Source: Mobula hypostoma (taxonomy: Eukaryota). From it: 64,000 nt of DNA. The notes below the pieces were generated by a model that was not told the origin of the DNA, ran no database searches, and saw only the letters and a program-made list of their open reading frames with translations. Each line of letters starts with the position of its first letter. Positions within the stretch are counted from its first letter, which is position 1. The stretch spans positions 171,122,001 through 171,186,000 of the forward strand of contig NC_086097.1 in NCBI RefSeq assembly GCF_963921235.1. Direction: 5' to 3'. Both the position numbers and the translations under genes were made by a program. This document shows, one piece after another, positions 62,201-64,000 of the stretch.

Positions 62201-64000
62201 TACTATCCCTAATTTCTCTTGTCAGCCACGGGTGCACTACCTTCCTTGATTTATTCTTTTGCCAAACTGGGATGAACAATTGTTGTAGTTCATCCATGCA
62301 ACCTTTAAATGCTTGCCATTGCATATCCACCGTCAATCCTTTAAGTGTCATTTGCCAGTCTATCTTAGCTAATTCACGTCTCATACCTTCAAAGTTACCC
62401 CTCTTTAAGTTCAGAACCTTTGTTTCTGAAGGTGCAGGATCAGTTCATTCCAAAGAGGAAGAAAGATCCTAAGGGGAGTAAGGGGAGGCCGTGGCTGACA
62501 AGGGAAATAATGGACAGTATAAAAATAAAAGAGAAGAAGTATAACATAGCAAAGACGAGTGAGAAGCCGGAGGATTGGGAAACTTTTAAAGAGCAACAGA
62601 AGGTAACTAAAAAAGCAATACGTGGAGAAAAAATTAGGTATGAAGGTAGACTAACCAAGAATATAAAGGAAGATAGTAAAAGCTTCTTTAGGTATGTGAA
62701 AAGGAAAAAAATAGTTAAGACCAAAATTGGGCCCTTGAAGACAGAAATAGGTGAATGTATTATGGGGAACAAGGAGTTGAACAGGTACTTTGGATCTGTC
62801 TTCACTAGGGAAGACACAAACAATCTCCCAGATATAATAGTGGCCAAAGGACCTAGGGTAATGGATGAACTGAAGGAAATTTATATTAAGCGGGAAATGG
62901 TGTTGGATAGATTGTTGGGTCTGAAGGCTGATAAGTCCCCGGGACCTGATGGTCTGCATCCCAGGGTACTTAAGGAGGTGGCTTTAGAAATCGTGGATGC
63001 ATTGGTAATCATTTTCCAATGTTCTATAGATTCAGGATCAGTTCCTGTGGATTGGAGGGTGGCTAATGTTGTCCCTCTCTTCAAGAAGGGAGGAAGAGAG
63101 AAAACCGGGAATTATAGACCGGTTAGCCTGACGTCGGTGCTGGGAAAAATGCTGGAGTCAATTATAAAAGATGAAATTACGACACATCTGGATAGCAGTA
63201 ACAGGATCGGTCTGAGTCAGCATGGATTTACGAAGGAGAAATTGTGCTTGACTAATCTTCTGGAATTTTTTGAGGATGTAACTATGAAAATGGACAAGGG
63301 AGAGCCAGTGGATATAGTGTACCTGGACTTTCAGAAAGCCTTTGATAAGGTCCCACATAGGAGATTAGAGGGCAAAATTAGGGCACATGGTATTGAGGGC
63401 AGAGTACTGACATGGATTGAAAATTGGCTGGCTGACAGAAAACAAAGAGTAGCGATTAACGGGTCCCTTTCGGAATGGCAGGTGACCAGTGGGGTACCAC
63501 AGGGTTCAGTGCTGGGACCGCAGCTGTTTACAATATATATTAATGATTTAGATGAGGGAATTAAAAGTAACATTAGCAAATTTGCCGATGACACAAAGTA
63601 GGGTGGCAGTGTGAAATGTAAGGAGGATGTTATGAGAATGCAGGGTGATTTGGACAGGCTGGGTGAGTGGGCAGATGCAGTTTAATGTGGATAAATGTGA
63701 GGTTATCCACTTTGGTGGTAAGAACAGGAAGGCAGATTATTATCTAAATGGAGTCAAGTTAGGAAAAGGGGAAGTACAACGGGATCTAGGTGTTCTTGTA
63801 CATCAGTCACCGAAAGCAAGCATGCAGGTACAGCAGGCAGTGAGGAAAGCTAATGGCATGCTGGCCTTCATAACAAGGGGAATTGAGTATAAGAGCAAAG
63901 GGGTCCTTCTGCAGCTGTACAGGGCCCTGGTGAGACCACACCTGGAGTATCGTGTGCAGTTTTGGTCTCCAAATTTGAGGAAGGGCATTCTTACTATTGA
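59238..64000 (+). mobile_element. CR1 LINE ORF2 (APE endonuclease + RT), split by a younger CR1; runs off the window
   Basis: LYMNARSIRNK, YRPPNS, MGDFN, GGSDHN (59278-60182). Resumes at 62428 with [30 protein letters not shown]. Confidence 0.95.
60183..62427 (-). mobile_element. Young CR1 LINE, 5'-truncated, nested
   Basis: Three ORF pieces (62384-61560, 61535-61266, 61259-60285) share one frame, broken by only two stops. (CTATGTTT)n tail; TSD GAAG at 60179-60182 and 62428-62431. Confidence 0.95.

Overview
Eukaryotic, repeat-dominated non-coding DNA, very probably from a cartilaginous fish (batoid/shark). This is inferred from the mix of CR1-clade LINEs, HE1-like V-SINEs, Deu-domain SINEs, Rex1/Babar and Penelope relics. 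I found no host protein-coding exon, and every ORF with a recognisable motif is a transposon fragment. Contents: many CR1 LINE pieces of several ages, often nested; a near-full-length decayed Rex1/Babar LINE; a 5'-truncated RTE LINE; two solo LTRs with 4-bp TSDs; a non-autonomous PIF/Harbinger transposon with a Myb/SANT relic and an internal foreign LINE tail; many Penelope-like (GIY-YIG) fragments whose termini carry minimal type-I hammerhead ribozyme motifs, including TSD-flanked inverted (fold-back) copies; and an L1-type retrocopy of an unidentified ~77-nt structured RNA. Family names come from motif recognition, not database searches. Boundaries of old repeats are approximate; TSD-defined boundaries were read directly from the sequence.
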